DNA from: an uncultured Candidatus Saccharibacteria bacterium
Lineage (GTDB): Bacteria; Patescibacteriota; Minisyncoccia; Phycocordibacterales; UBA918
Direction: 5' to 3'
Assembly (NCBI GenBank): GCA_964351645.1
Contig: CAYGOP010000010.1
Location: 1,775 to 25,774, forward strand
Length of the DNA stretch: 24,000 bases
Shown: positions 6,372-14,285 of the stretch, one piece after another
Numbering within the stretch: position 1 is the first letter of the stretch
Layout: the number at the start of each line of letters is the position of its first letter
The notes under the pieces: model-generated
Database searches by the model: none
Told to the model about the DNA's origin: nothing
The model's input: the letters and a program-made list of their open reading frames with translations, nothing else
Made by a program: the position numbers and the translations under genes

Positions 6372-6400
6372 TTTATAATTCGAATATTCTTTTTTGGCAA
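6372..6400 (-). promoter_or_regulatory. Sigma70-like promoter TTGCCA-N17-TATAAA driving the candidate ncRNA
   Basis: The reverse complement of 6395-6400 is ttgcca and of 6372-6377 is tataaa, with a 17-nt spacer. It lies back-to-back with TATACT (6403-6408) of the acyP gene. Confidence 0.45.
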
Positions 6401-6416
6401 GGTATACTGCAGGGAT

Positions 6417-6689
6417 ATGGTTGAAATGAGATGTACCGTGTTTGGATTGGTGCAAAATGTGCAGTATCGTGTATACGCTCAAGACTCAGCAGTTGAGCTT
6501 GGTTTGGTTGGATATGTTAAACATAATCCCGATGGTTCAGTTGAAGTCTTAGCCCAAGGATTGCCTGATGAGTTAAAAAATTTCGTGGAATACTTGTACG
6601 AAGGTTCATTATTGTCCAAGGTGGATAGTATTAGTGTGGATTGGAAGACTCCAAAGAAAACTTTTACAGAATTCTCTGTGTTACATTAA
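6417..6689 (+). CDS. acyP: Acylphosphatase
   Basis: 90 aa. VFGLVQNVQYRVYA and GLVGYVKHNPDGSVEVLAQG match the acylphosphatase signatures V.G.VQGV.FR and G.V.N..DGSVE. The 5' extension in the ORF track (from 6132) covers the ncRNA region and was trimmed. Confidence 0.8.
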   Translation: MVEMRCTVFGLVQNVQYRVYAQDSAVELGLVGYVKHNPDGSVEVLAQGLPDELKNFVEYLYEGSLLSKVDSISVDWKTPKKTFTEFSVLH

Positions 6690-6701
6690 ATATCTACGTG
6701 T

Positions 6702-7049
6702 ATGAGAGGAAAACGAACACTCATCGCTACGGCAGTAGCCATATTCCAAACCGTCTTGATAACTTGGTGGTTTGAGAATTCCTTGATTGTGAATACCGGG
6801 ATAGTGCTCTCAAGCATTTTTTTGTTATCAGTGTTCAAGTTTCGAAAACCGTACCTGTTAATGTTTCTGGTGACTGGATTGAGTGGATTTATTGCTGAGG
6901 CGATTGTGGTTACTCGTGGAGCATGGCACTATGCAACCCCGGATTGGCTCGGGCTACCATTTTGGCTCTTTTTAATCTGGGGTTCAGTAGGAGTGATGTT
7001 TACTCACTTTGGTGGAAAAGCAATGGAAAAATATGGAACAGAAAAATAA
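6702..7049 (+). CDS. Hypothetical integral membrane protein (3-4 TM)
   Basis: 115-aa ORF made of hydrophobic segments. No recognisable family motif. Confidence 0.55.
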   Translation: MRGKRTLIATAVAIFQTVLITWWFENSLIVNTGIVLSSIFLLSVFKFRKPYLLMFLVTGLSGFIAEAIVVTRGAWHYATPDWLGLPFWLFLIWGSVGVMFTHFGGKAMEKYGTEK

Positions 7050-7737
7050 TATTCACTGTCTTGGTTTCATTATGGATGGTAATCGCCGGTGGGCGAAGAC
7101 TCAAGGCCTGCAAACGTACGAAGGTCATAAAAAGGGCGGAGAAGTCTTTGCGGAGTCTGTGCAGTGGGTGCGCGACGCTGAAGTAAAGCACGCAGTGTAT
7201 TACGCGTTTTCAACCGAAAACTGGAACCGGAGTGAAGCGGAGGTGAACTACTTAATGGACCTATTTCGTGATTGGCTCAAAAAAATTGATGAGAAGGTAG
7301 ATGAAAATCATAAGTCTGACAAAAAAATTAATATTCGGATTATTGGTCGACGAGCAGATTTTGCTGCAGATTTGCAAGAGCAGATGGATGATTTAGAGAA
7401 GAGAAACGAGGAGTTCCCAAATCCTTCTTCAACTATTTGGATTGCTCTTTCTTATGGTGGAAGAGCGGAACTGATTGAGGCAATCAATACAGCTATTAAA
7501 AACGGAGAAGAGGTTGATGAGCAGAGTTTTGAAAAGCTTCTCTGGACGGCTGATATGCCGGACCCAGACATGATTGTGCGCACGAGCGGTGAGCATCGAT
7601 TGTCTAACTTTGTGACCTGGCGTTCGGTGTATAGCGAGCTCCATTTTATAGAAAAGCATTGGCCGGCTTTGACGGAAGCTGATTTTAAAGACATACTCTT
7701 GGAATATGAAAACCGCGAACGGCGCCGAGGCAAATAA
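7033..7737 (+). CDS. uppS: Undecaprenyl-diphosphate synthase (cis-prenyltransferase)
   Basis: GFIMDGNRRWA, YAFSTENWNR and RTSGEHRLSNF motifs. The track start at 7009 is TTG; the first ATG is 7033. Confidence 0.9.
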   Translation: MEQKNNIHCLGFIMDGNRRWAKTQGLQTYEGHKKGGEVFAESVQWVRDAEVKHAVYYAFSTENWNRSEAEVNYLMDLFRDWLKKIDEKVDENHKSDKKINIRIIGRRADFAADLQEQMDDLEKRNEEFPNPSSTIWIALSYGGRAELIEAINTAIKNGEEVDEQSFEKLLWTADMPDPDMIVRTSGEHRLSNFVTWRSVYSELHFIEKHWPALTEADFKDILLEYENRERRRGK

Positions 7738-8473
7738 AGAACCAGAAATCCTCTATGAAGATGAGGATGTATTAGTGCTGAACAAGCCCTATGGTTGGCT
7801 AGTCCACGAAGATAAAAACACTGACGCTCCAACAGTGGTTGATTGGTTTGTGGCCCGGTGTCCGGAAGCTTCCGAGGTGGGCGAGCCGGGGTTTCGACAA
7901 GATGGACAAGAGCTCAATCGAGCTGGCGTAGTCCACCGCTTAGATCGCGAAACATCAGGCGTGATGATTTTGGCGAAAAACCAAGATGCCCACCAGTATC
8001 TGAAAAAACAATTCAAAGATAGATTAGTTGAGAAAGAATACCGAGCGTTTGTGTATGGTCGCATTAACGACCGGTGGGGGACTATCAATCGTTCTATTGG
8101 CCGTAATGCCAAAGACCACCGCAAGCGCTCAGCTGAGCGTGGTGCAAAAGGAGTATTACGCGAAGCAATTACTGACTTTGAGCGAATCGGAATGGGTGAG
8201 TACAATGAAGAACCTTTTTCCTACGTAAAACTCATGCCTCAAACGGGACGTACTCACCAATTGCGTGTTCATTTACGAGCCTTGGATAGGCCGATTGTCG
8301 GCGATTCACTCTATGCTGATTATAAGATTGAAAAGTCATGCAATCTTGATACTGACAGATTGATGCTTCATTCCCATATTCTTGAGCTGGTACTCCCAAA
8401 CGGCACTACTGAGCGGTTTATCGCAACAGTCCCAGCAGAGTTTGAATTTGCCGCCGAAAAGATTGCAGAGTAA
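7706..8473 (+). CDS. RluA-family pseudouridine synthase (RluD-like, no S4 domain)
   Basis: HRLDRETSGVMILAK contains the catalytic Asp motif. GRTHQLRVH is present. The start overlaps uppS by 32 nt. Confidence 0.85.
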   Translation: MKTANGAEANKEPEILYEDEDVLVLNKPYGWLVHEDKNTDAPTVVDWFVARCPEASEVGEPGFRQDGQELNRAGVVHRLDRETSGVMILAKNQDAHQYLKKQFKDRLVEKEYRAFVYGRINDRWGTINRSIGRNAKDHRKRSAERGAKGVLREAITDFERIGMGEYNEEPFSYVKLMPQTGRTHQLRVHLRALDRPIVGDSLYADYKIEKSCNLDTDRLMLHSHILELVLPNGTTERFIATVPAEFEFAAEKIAE

Positions 8474-8537
8474 GGTTCTTTGTGGTAGATTGTGGCACGT
8501 TTAGACGGCTCACTCGTTTAATAATCAAGAAAATAAT

Positions 8538-9137
8538 ATGAAAGCAGCATTAGCAGGGGTAACTGTTTCCCCAGTAAATATGGAAGAACGAAAGGATCTC
8601 GGAATCAAAGCCGGAGATACTGTTAAAGTTCACCAAAAAATTCAAGATAAAGGTAAAACTCGAATTCAGATTTTTGAAGGTCTTGTTTTAGCTCGAAAGC
8701 ACGGAAATGAACCTGGAGCTACATTTACAGTGCGAAAGGTTGCGAGTGGAGTTGGAGTAGAAAAAATCTACCCACTGTACTCTCCATTGATTGATAAAAT
8801 CGAAATTGTAAAACGAGCGAAGGTTCGTCGAGCAAAGCTTTACTACATCCGAGAAAAGGTAAATCGAGAAATCAAACGACAAATGCGTCGTATGACTCTG
8901 ATGTCACTTTCAACTGAGTCTGAAGCAGAACTAGCAGTGAAAGCTGCTGAAGAAGCTAAGAGAGCAGAGGAAGAGGCAGCAAAGGCCGCTGAAGCGGAAG
9001 CAACAGCTAAGGCTGAAGCAGATGCAAAGGCTGCTGAAGAAGCAGCGAAAGCCGAAACTCCAGAAGGAGAAGCAGTTGCAGAAGAAACTCCAGCTGAAGA
9101 AAAAGCAGAAGAAGTGGAAGCAGAGAAGAAAGACTAA
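8538..9137 (+). CDS. rplS: Ribosomal protein L19 with an Ala/Glu/Lys-rich C-terminal extension of about 85 aa
   Basis: Core sequence [31 protein letters not shown]...[46 protein letters not shown], followed by a low-complexity [37 protein letters not shown] tail. Confidence 0.9.
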   Translation: MKAALAGVTVSPVNMEERKDLGIKAGDTVKVHQKIQDKGKTRIQIFEGLVLARKHGNEPGATFTVRKVASGVGVEKIYPLYSPLIDKIEIVKRAKVRRAKLYYIREKVNREIKRQMRRMTLMSLSTESEAELAVKAAEEAKRAEEEAAKAAEAEATAKAEADAKAAEEAAKAETPEGEAVAEETPAEEKAEEVEAEKKD

Positions 9138-9160
9138 CTTTCTCTCATCGAAACAAAAAA

Positions 9161-9187
9161 GGCCGGCGCTATGCGCCGGTTTTTTTG
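9161..9187 (+). terminator. Rho-independent terminator after rplS
   Basis: ccggcgc-tat-gcgccgg stem followed by ttttttt, and preceded by an A-run. Confidence 0.8.
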
Positions 9188-9204
9188 TGTTACCTTAACT
9201 GTAT

Positions 9205-10041
9205 ATGAATATCGAACCACAATTTCACAGCCTAATTGAAGAGATTAAGTTAGCCGGAAAAGTTGCTCATGATTATTTTGTTTCAGACAGCATTGTAAAC
9301 CAACAAAAAACGGATGGTTCGGTGGTTACTGAGGTTGATAAAGTAATTGAGCGTCGGCTACGTACTTGGATTGAGCGAGAATTTCCAGATGATGCAATCG
9401 TGGGGGAAGAGGAAGACGGTAGGGCGGGAGCTAGTGGGTTTGTCTGGCACATTGATCCGATTGATGGAACCGATAATTTTCTCAGGAAGATTCCATTTTG
9501 CGCCATTTCAGTGGCTCGACTTGGTCATGATTCTGAAGATTCATTTGGAATTGTGTACAACCCCCTCACCGAACAACTGTTTTCATCCTTGATGGAGGCT
9601 GGAACGTATGAAAATGAACGTGTGAATAATCTGACGGCTGAGCCGTTAGGAGGTAAGTTGGTGATTGGACTAGGTCGCTCGCGCAAAGCGTCGTGGATGC
9701 AGCCATCAGCCTATAAAATTCAAGAAGCAGTAGGTGTGAAGTTTGGGCGATGCCAACCGTTTAATTGTACAGCGCTTGAGTTGGCGTACCTCTCTGCGGG
9801 TAGGATAGATGGATTTCTCACTTTTGGGCTGAATTCCTACGATTATGCGGCTGGTTTATATTTAGTTCGCGCAGCTGGAGGAATGATTAGTGTATTTGAA
9901 AATGGCGAATGGAAAGTCTTTGAAAGAAGTTTGAAAGATTTGTGTGCCGAACATGGAAAAACTATTTTTGCGTCACATCCAGACATCCATTGTGAGATAC
10001 GTGATTTTATCGGAAATCCAGAGCAGTGGGCTGCGCAATAA
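9205..10041 (+). CDS. Inositol monophosphatase family protein (SuhB/CysQ-like)
   Basis: WHIDPIDGTDNF and YDYAAGLYLVRAAGG motifs. Confidence 0.85.
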   Translation: MNIEPQFHSLIEEIKLAGKVAHDYFVSDSIVNQQKTDGSVVTEVDKVIERRLRTWIEREFPDDAIVGEEEDGRAGASGFVWHIDPIDGTDNFLRKIPFCAISVARLGHDSEDSFGIVYNPLTEQLFSSLMEAGTYENERVNNLTAEPLGGKLVIGLGRSRKASWMQPSAYKIQEAVGVKFGRCQPFNCTALELAYLSAGRIDGFLTFGLNSYDYAAGLYLVRAAGGMISVFENGEWKVFERSLKDLCAEHGKTIFASHPDIHCEIRDFIGNPEQWAAQ

Positions 10042-10094
10042 AAACCCATGTAGCACTTGGGTATAAAAGCAGCATGATTCAGTTTTTATGATAC

Positions 10095-10123
10095 TTGAAT
10101 CCGGTTCTAAGTTAGTGCATAAT
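10095..10123 (+). promoter_or_regulatory. Sigma70-like promoter TTGAAT-N17-CATAAT for tRNA-Leu
   Basis: Hexamers at 10095-10100 and 10118-10123 with a 17-nt spacer, about 24 nt upstream of the tRNA 5' end. Confidence 0.5.
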
Positions 10124-10146
10124 GGCGCCACCTTAGAAAGGTGAAT

Positions 10147-10230
10147 GTCCAGGTGGCGAAATTGGTAGACGCGCTACCTTGAGGGGGTAGTGGGAGTTAT
10201 CCCGTGCTGGTTCAACTCCAGTCCTGGACA
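10147..10230 (+). tRNA. tRNA-Leu (anticodon GAG), long variable arm, CCA not encoded
   Basis: GTCCAGG-TG-GCG-AAATTGGTAGA-CGC-G-CTACC-TTGAGGG-GGTAG-(variable arm TGGGAGTTATCCCGT)-GCTGG-TTCAACT-CCAGT-CCTGGAC-A. Confidence 0.9.
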
Positions 10231-10240
10231 CAATAACAAA

Positions 10241-10277
10241 AACGAAGCACAAGCACCGCTTGTGCTTCGTTTTTGTT
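10241..10277 (+). terminator. Rho-independent terminator after tRNA-Leu
   Basis: A 13-bp stem pairs aacgaagcacaag with cttgtgcttcgtt, followed by tttgtt. Confidence 0.75.
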
Positions 10278-10288
10278 ATACTCAAGAT

Positions 10289-10735
10289 ATGAAAGAGAAG
10301 ACAGACAAATCATTTGGCATTATTCCAGCTCGAAAAACTCCAGCGGGCTGGGAGGTTTTACTTATCCATCAGTTCAGCAAGATTGGAAATAATTCGTACT
10401 GGGTGTTCCCAAAAGGACATGCCGAAGGGGAGGAGACTCCGCTCGAGTCAGCTACTCGAGAACTCTTTGAAGAAACTGGCTTGCGAGCAGAAAAGATTCT
10501 TCAGGCACCAACTTTCTCCCTTGGCTATACATTCATGTTTGAGAATGAGCGAATCAGCAAAACGGTAGATTTCTATGTCGGGATTATTTCAAACTTTGAA
10601 ACTACCTTAGATGCTCAGGAGGTGAAGGAGGCAGGGTGGTATTCCTTGGATGAAGCGCTCGAGCGGCTCGACTATGCGGACACCAAAAACATGTTTAAAG
10701 AGGTACAGGAATTCTTAATAACCTACCAAGGTTAA
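10289..10735 (+). CDS. NUDIX hydrolase
   Basis: Nudix box GHAEGEETPLESATRELFEETGL. The track ORF (from 10190) runs through the tRNA and terminator, so it was trimmed to ATG 10289. Confidence 0.85.
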   Translation: MKEKTDKSFGIIPARKTPAGWEVLLIHQFSKIGNNSYWVFPKGHAEGEETPLESATRELFEETGLRAEKILQAPTFSLGYTFMFENERISKTVDFYVGIISNFETTLDAQEVKEAGWYSLDEALERLDYADTKNMFKEVQEFLITYQG

Positions 10736-10766
10736 ACTAGCTTTTTATACCATTTTATGGTATAAT
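10736..10766 (+). promoter_or_regulatory. Extended -10 promoter (TGGTATAAT) with upstream ACTAGCTTTTT box
   Basis: tggtataat at 10758-10766. The same architecture recurs at 11337-11367. Confidence 0.5.
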
Positions 10767-10821
10767 ATTAAATAATATAGTCCTTTGACTTCAGTCATCA
10801 GCTCAAACACAGGAGGCCGAC

Positions 10822-11271
10822 ATGCGCGCCATTCTTGCAATTGCCCTTATTTTTCTTTCTTCTGCCGCCTGGGCCGGACCTAAGCATCCGACCTGTCAGT
10901 ACCTGTATGGGCTGACACAGCGATTGGAAGTAATCGTGAATGAACAACAGCTCCGCAATGTCAGCCACGACGTGTGGCAGTCCAAAGATGGTTGCACCTG
11001 GACCTATCGAGATTTCTCGCCAGTCGGACTGGTTGGGTTCTACGAAACGGACCAGTTCTATTTCGCAGTCGTTCGAGTGCGGTATCACGACAATCAAGCA
11101 GTTGCTTGGGTTCCCGACGAGGTGTTCCCGAAAAACCGGTTTCGGCTTGGTGTTGGGTGCGAACAAAACCCCCAACAGCTCGAAAGCCAAGGTCGTACGG
11201 TGACCATCAGCAATCCACTGCGGCGTTCAGACCGTTGGAATGAGAGCTGTGACAGGCTCTATATTCGCTAG
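10822..11271 (+). CDS. Secreted small Cys-containing protein, unknown function (paralog A)
   Basis: Signal peptide MRAILAIALIFLSSAAWA. AGGAGG SD 5 nt upstream. Followed by its own terminator. Confidence 0.65.
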   Translation: MRAILAIALIFLSSAAWAGPKHPTCQYLYGLTQRLEVIVNEQQLRNVSHDVWQSKDGCTWTYRDFSPVGLVGFYETDQFYFAVVRVRYHDNQAVAWVPDEVFPKNRFRLGVGCEQNPQQLESQGRTVTISNPLRRSDRWNESCDRLYIR

Positions 11272-11289
11272 GGAAGCGAACAGCAAACA

Positions 11290-11321
11290 AAGCCGCCGGC
11301 TTTATAACCGGCGGCTTTTCC
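11290..11321 (+). terminator. Rho-independent terminator
   Basis: A 10-bp stem pairs aagccgccgg with ccggcggctt, followed by ttcc; the T-run is short. Confidence 0.6.
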
Positions 11322-11336
11322 TATGGTCGAGGAAAG

Positions 11337-11367
11337 ACTAGCTTTTTTATAAAATATGTGGTATAGT
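11337..11367 (+). promoter_or_regulatory. Extended -10 promoter (TGGTATAGT) with upstream ACTAGCTTTTTT box
   Basis: 22 of 31 positions are identical to 10736-10766 in my ungapped hand alignment. The spacing between ACTAGC and TGGTATA is the same in both. Confidence 0.5.
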
Positions 11368-11404
11368 TTAAAGCAAAGTTCATTCAGATTAGAAAGGATA
11401 CGCC

Positions 11405-11878
11405 ATGCGTATATTCACTGCACTATTCCTTGGCGTGTTCGCTCTGACCGCCTGTTTTACCAAGCCGGCCTCAGCCGAAATCAATTTCTATCTTGTCTGT
11501 GACAAGATGTCGAGATTGGTTGAGTCGCTCGACAATATTGTCGATGTTCGGCAATCGCTGGAGCGGGATGAATCGGTCTTGGCTTCCGGCTGTCGTTGGA
11601 GTACACTCTCGGCCTACAGCTTCGAGCTGTATCCGGATTGGTGGTATCACGCTGATGCCAACAATCTCTTCTTTGACGTTGACCGCATCAAGTTGTTGGT
11701 CAATGGTCATGTGACTGAGTGGTACACCATGAGCCGTACTTCGATTATCGACGAGTTCGAGGCGCGACCAAACTTCTTGATGCGTCTGTGTCAGCGAGTC
11801 GAAGGGCGTCTTGGGTGCTGGACCAACCGGGGAAGAGTGTTCTCTCTTGATCCGCCGTGGTCAGATGATGGTTCGTAA
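11405..11878 (+). CDS. Secreted small Cys-containing protein, unknown function (paralog B)
   Basis: Signal peptide MRIFTALFLGVFALTACFTKPASA. It shares Cys spacing and a GC.W motif with paralog A (DGCTW versus SGCRW). Confidence 0.65.
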   Translation: MRIFTALFLGVFALTACFTKPASAEINFYLVCDKMSRLVESLDNIVDVRQSLERDESVLASGCRWSTLSAYSFELYPDWWYHADANNLFFDVDRIKLLVNGHVTEWYTMSRTSIIDEFEARPNFLMRLCQRVEGRLGCWTNRGRVFSLDPPWSDDGS

Positions 11879-11892
11879 GAGTCATGGCAAAA

Positions 11893-11930
11893 GGGCCGAA
11901 GGTTTTACACCTTCGGCCCTTACTTTATTT
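11893..11930. terminator. Bidirectional terminator between convergent genes
   Basis: A 10-bp stem pairs gggccgaagg with ccttcggccc, with T-rich sequence on the + side and A-rich sequence upstream. Confidence 0.65.
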
Positions 11931-12546
11931 ATAGTTCACAGGTCAGTCCACAACTCTCGGGAGGAGCGATTCCTCGTTCGGGGCAGGTGCCACTGTAGTA
12001 GCAAGAGTCAAACGGTATTTCTTCAAGGTACGTTTGAATATTTTCAGCTTGGGAGTTTCCGTAGTAGAGCAGAATCCGGTCATCATCCACCGGTACATAT
12101 TGTGATAGAGGTTGGGTGTACAGCTCATTGTTTACATACAATAATACTTCCTCTTGCTCGCCCGAACAGAGAGACTCTGCTTCAAAGAGTGTGAGGCAAG
12201 AATCAGTCAAAGTAATACCGAGCGATTGTAAAAATGCTGAGAAGGTGACATCTTCTGCGTGAATGTGTTTTACATCACCATTTCCATCGTGCAAATGGGC
12301 ATGTTCGTCCACTGTATGCGTACCAGTTGTCATGAATTCATCAGCACTTAAATCGACCTGTTCATCTCCAATAAAAATGTGAAAGTCAGCATGCACATGA
12401 TATTCAGTATCGAACGGATTGGCGATAGGGTGTGTAAAATCGTCGTGTGTGGAGGTGGTCCCGAGGAATGTGTGCGTTACAAAACCACCAATGAGCGTGC
12501 CGGCTAGAAGAGCCAGAACGATTGAAGGAGAAAAATTTTCACTCAT
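11929..12546 (-). CDS. Membrane-anchored or exported His-rich protein with a Cys-rich C-terminus (possible metal binding)
   Basis: N-terminal TM SIVLALLAGTLIGGFV. His clusters YHVHADFHIF and DEHAHLHDGNGDVKHIHAED. C-terminal CYYSGTCPERG...CGLTCEL. It begins 5 nt after the response regulator stop, which suggests an operon. Confidence 0.65.
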   Translation of the reverse strand: MSENFSPSIVLALLAGTLIGGFVTHTFLGTTSTHDDFTHPIANPFDTEYHVHADFHIFIGDEQVDLSADEFMTTGTHTVDEHAHLHDGNGDVKHIHAEDVTFSAFLQSLGITLTDSCLTLFEAESLCSGEQEEVLLYVNNELYTQPLSQYVPVDDDRILLYYGNSQAENIQTYLEEIPFDSCYYSGTCPERGIAPPESCGLTCEL

Positions 12547-12551
12547 ACAAG

Positions 12552-12923
12552 CTATGTAAGAATGTGCAATTTCACTTTTGCTACAATTTCGTCCAAACTA
12601 CTGTGCGGCTTAATCAGATAGTCAGTGATAGAACCTTCGTGTGCACTCGCAACGTTTCTCACATCATCCATTGAGGTAAGCATGACCACTTTTGCTTTTC
12701 GTCCCCATGGGTGCTCCCGGAGCTTTTTAAGAGTGGTGTGGCCATCCATTACTGGCATAACTATATCAAGTAAAATAAGGTCCGGCTGCTCAGCAATAGC
12801 TGTCTCATATCCAACGGCACCATTTTCTGCGGTCAGTACAGTAAAGCCAGCGTCAGCTACTGCTTCGGCCATGGCTTCTCGAATATCTGGTTCGTCTTCA
12901 ATGATGAGTATCTTTTTATCCAT
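12552..12923 (-). CDS. Single-domain response regulator (CheY-like receiver)
   Basis: KILIIEDEPD, DLILLDIVMPVMDG, VVMLTS and LIKP motifs. Confidence 0.9.
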   Translation of the reverse strand: MDKKILIIEDEPDIREAMAEAVADAGFTVLTAENGAVGYETAIAEQPDLILLDIVMPVMDGHTTLKKLREHPWGRKAKVVMLTSMDDVRNVASAHEGSITDYLIKPHSSLDEIVAKVKLHILT

Positions 12924-13001
12924 AATAGATATATCGTAGCATGATTTATTGATATGAGTATAGCTCGCTGTTTACGTGTTTGGAGCTGGTAATATAGGAG
13001 T

Positions 13002-14282
13002 ATGATTACGGAATATAAAATTCGTCGACTTCGCTATTTAGAATGGTTTAGCATTGTTTCATTTATTGCCTTAGTGTTTGCTGCGGTGTGGGCATTTGAT
13101 ACGCAAATTGATATTTACATTCAGTACGGAATTGTTGCCGGAATTGCACTCGTTATTTTCATTTTGTATTTTGTCCAGAGGAAAATGGACGGCTGGCTGG
13201 TAGCCACCTCAATGCAAAGCAGTGTGGCTGCAAATGAGGAATTTAATTCTCTCTACCAAAGTAGCCCAGTGGCATATATCACCATCGACTCAAAAGGGAA
13301 CATGATTGATTTCAATCCAGCGGCTATTAAATTATTTCATGGTACTGCCAACGAGATGGTGAACCAGAACTTTTTTCAACTGGTCCATCCCGATTTTGAT
13401 ATTTCAGTGATTCAAGGAAAAATCAAAGGAGGAGTCACGCTCAACGAAGAGGTAGCAGCGATGCGTTCGTATACCGGGGAAGATATTTGGGTCAAGATGT
13501 CAGTCTACTCAAAACGATTTGATGAAAAGCGGATGCTCTCGTTGGTTGATATTACTGAACAACGAGCAGTTGATACTGCTAAGTCAGAGTTTGTGGCGCT
13601 GGCTACTCACCAACTTCGTACCCCAATTGCCGCTATTCGCTGGAATGTCGAGCTCTTGCAAAAGAAGATGAAAGACACGATGACCCCAGATCAAGATAGG
13701 TATCTGGTAAAAATTAACCGCAACGTGCAACGGATGGTACATCTCATTAATGACTTCTTGAGTGTTTCAAAGTTGGAGATGGGAACGTTTGCGAGTTCTC
13801 AAGAAGCTCTAAACTTATCTGAATTTTTTGACTCAATTTTGGATGAGTTCTCTGAAAAGATTACTGAAAAAGCACTGACAGTTGATAGGCATGATAATCC
13901 GCCGCAAGTGCAAATAATGACTGATAGTCGATTGTTTCATATTATTGTCAGTAACTTGGTTTCAAATGCTACAAAGTATTTGAACCCGCAAGGCTCACTT
14001 ACGTTTAGCTACGACTTAGAGGGGAGTAAGCTCAAGATTGTGGTGGCTGATAATGGAATCGGAATTCCTGAAGAAGAAATTGACCGCTTGTTTAGTAAGT
14101 TCTTCCGAGCCACAAACGCCCAGACTCACCAAACACAAGGAACTGGACTTGGTTTGTACGTGGTAAAGCAGTCAGTAGAAAAATTAGGTGGTGCAATTGA
14201 GGTCCAATCAAGAGAAAATGAAGGAGCGACCTTTAGTGTTGAGTTGCCAGTAACGGTGCTTTCAAGCGCTCCTGCTCAATAG
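13002..14282 (+). CDS. Sensor histidine kinase (2 TM, PAS-like, HisKA, HATPase_c)
   Basis: H-box FVALATHQLRTPIAAI, N-box VSNLVSNATKY, G1 box VADNGIGIP and G2 box GTGLGLYV. Confidence 0.9.
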   Translation: MITEYKIRRLRYLEWFSIVSFIALVFAAVWAFDTQIDIYIQYGIVAGIALVIFILYFVQRKMDGWLVATSMQSSVAANEEFNSLYQSSPVAYITIDSKGNMIDFNPAAIKLFHGTANEMVNQNFFQLVHPDFDISVIQGKIKGGVTLNEEVAAMRSYTGEDIWVKMSVYSKRFDEKRMLSLVDITEQRAVDTAKSEFVALATHQLRTPIAAIRWNVELLQKKMKDTMTPDQDRYLVKINRNVQRMVHLINDFLSVSKLEMGTFASSQEALNLSEFFDSILDEFSEKITEKALTVDRHDNPPQVQIMTDSRLFHIIVSNLVSNATKYLNPQGSLTFSYDLEGSKLKIVVADNGIGIPEEEIDRLFSKFFRATNAQTHQTQGTGLGLYVVKQSVEKLGGAIEVQSRENEGATFSVELPVTVLSSAPAQ

Positions 14283-14285
14283 TCT

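Noticed and set aside
5961-6416. ORFs in the track over the tRNA and ncRNA region (5961-6302 minus, 6136-6333 minus, and the 5' 285 nt of 6132-6689 plus).
   Set aside because: They overlap a tRNA and a terminator hairpin, have odd Cys/Arg/Trp-rich compositions and lack plausible starts. The only recognisable protein (acylphosphatase) begins at ATG 6417.
7429-8228. Antisense or alternate-frame ORFs inside uppS and rluD (7429-7659, 7452-7832, 7789-8205, 8028-8228). Similar shadow ORFs lie inside other genes (for example 10798-11190, 16591-17370, 18266-18796, 19584-20012).
   Set aside because: They overlap genes with clear family motifs, have low-complexity or Arg/Ser/Cys-rich compositions and lack start contexts. 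They are typical shadow ORFs.
10190-10288. The 5' extension of the NUDIX ORF.
   Set aside because: It reads through the 3' part of tRNA-Leu and its terminator hairpin. The Nudix fold begins after ATG 10289.
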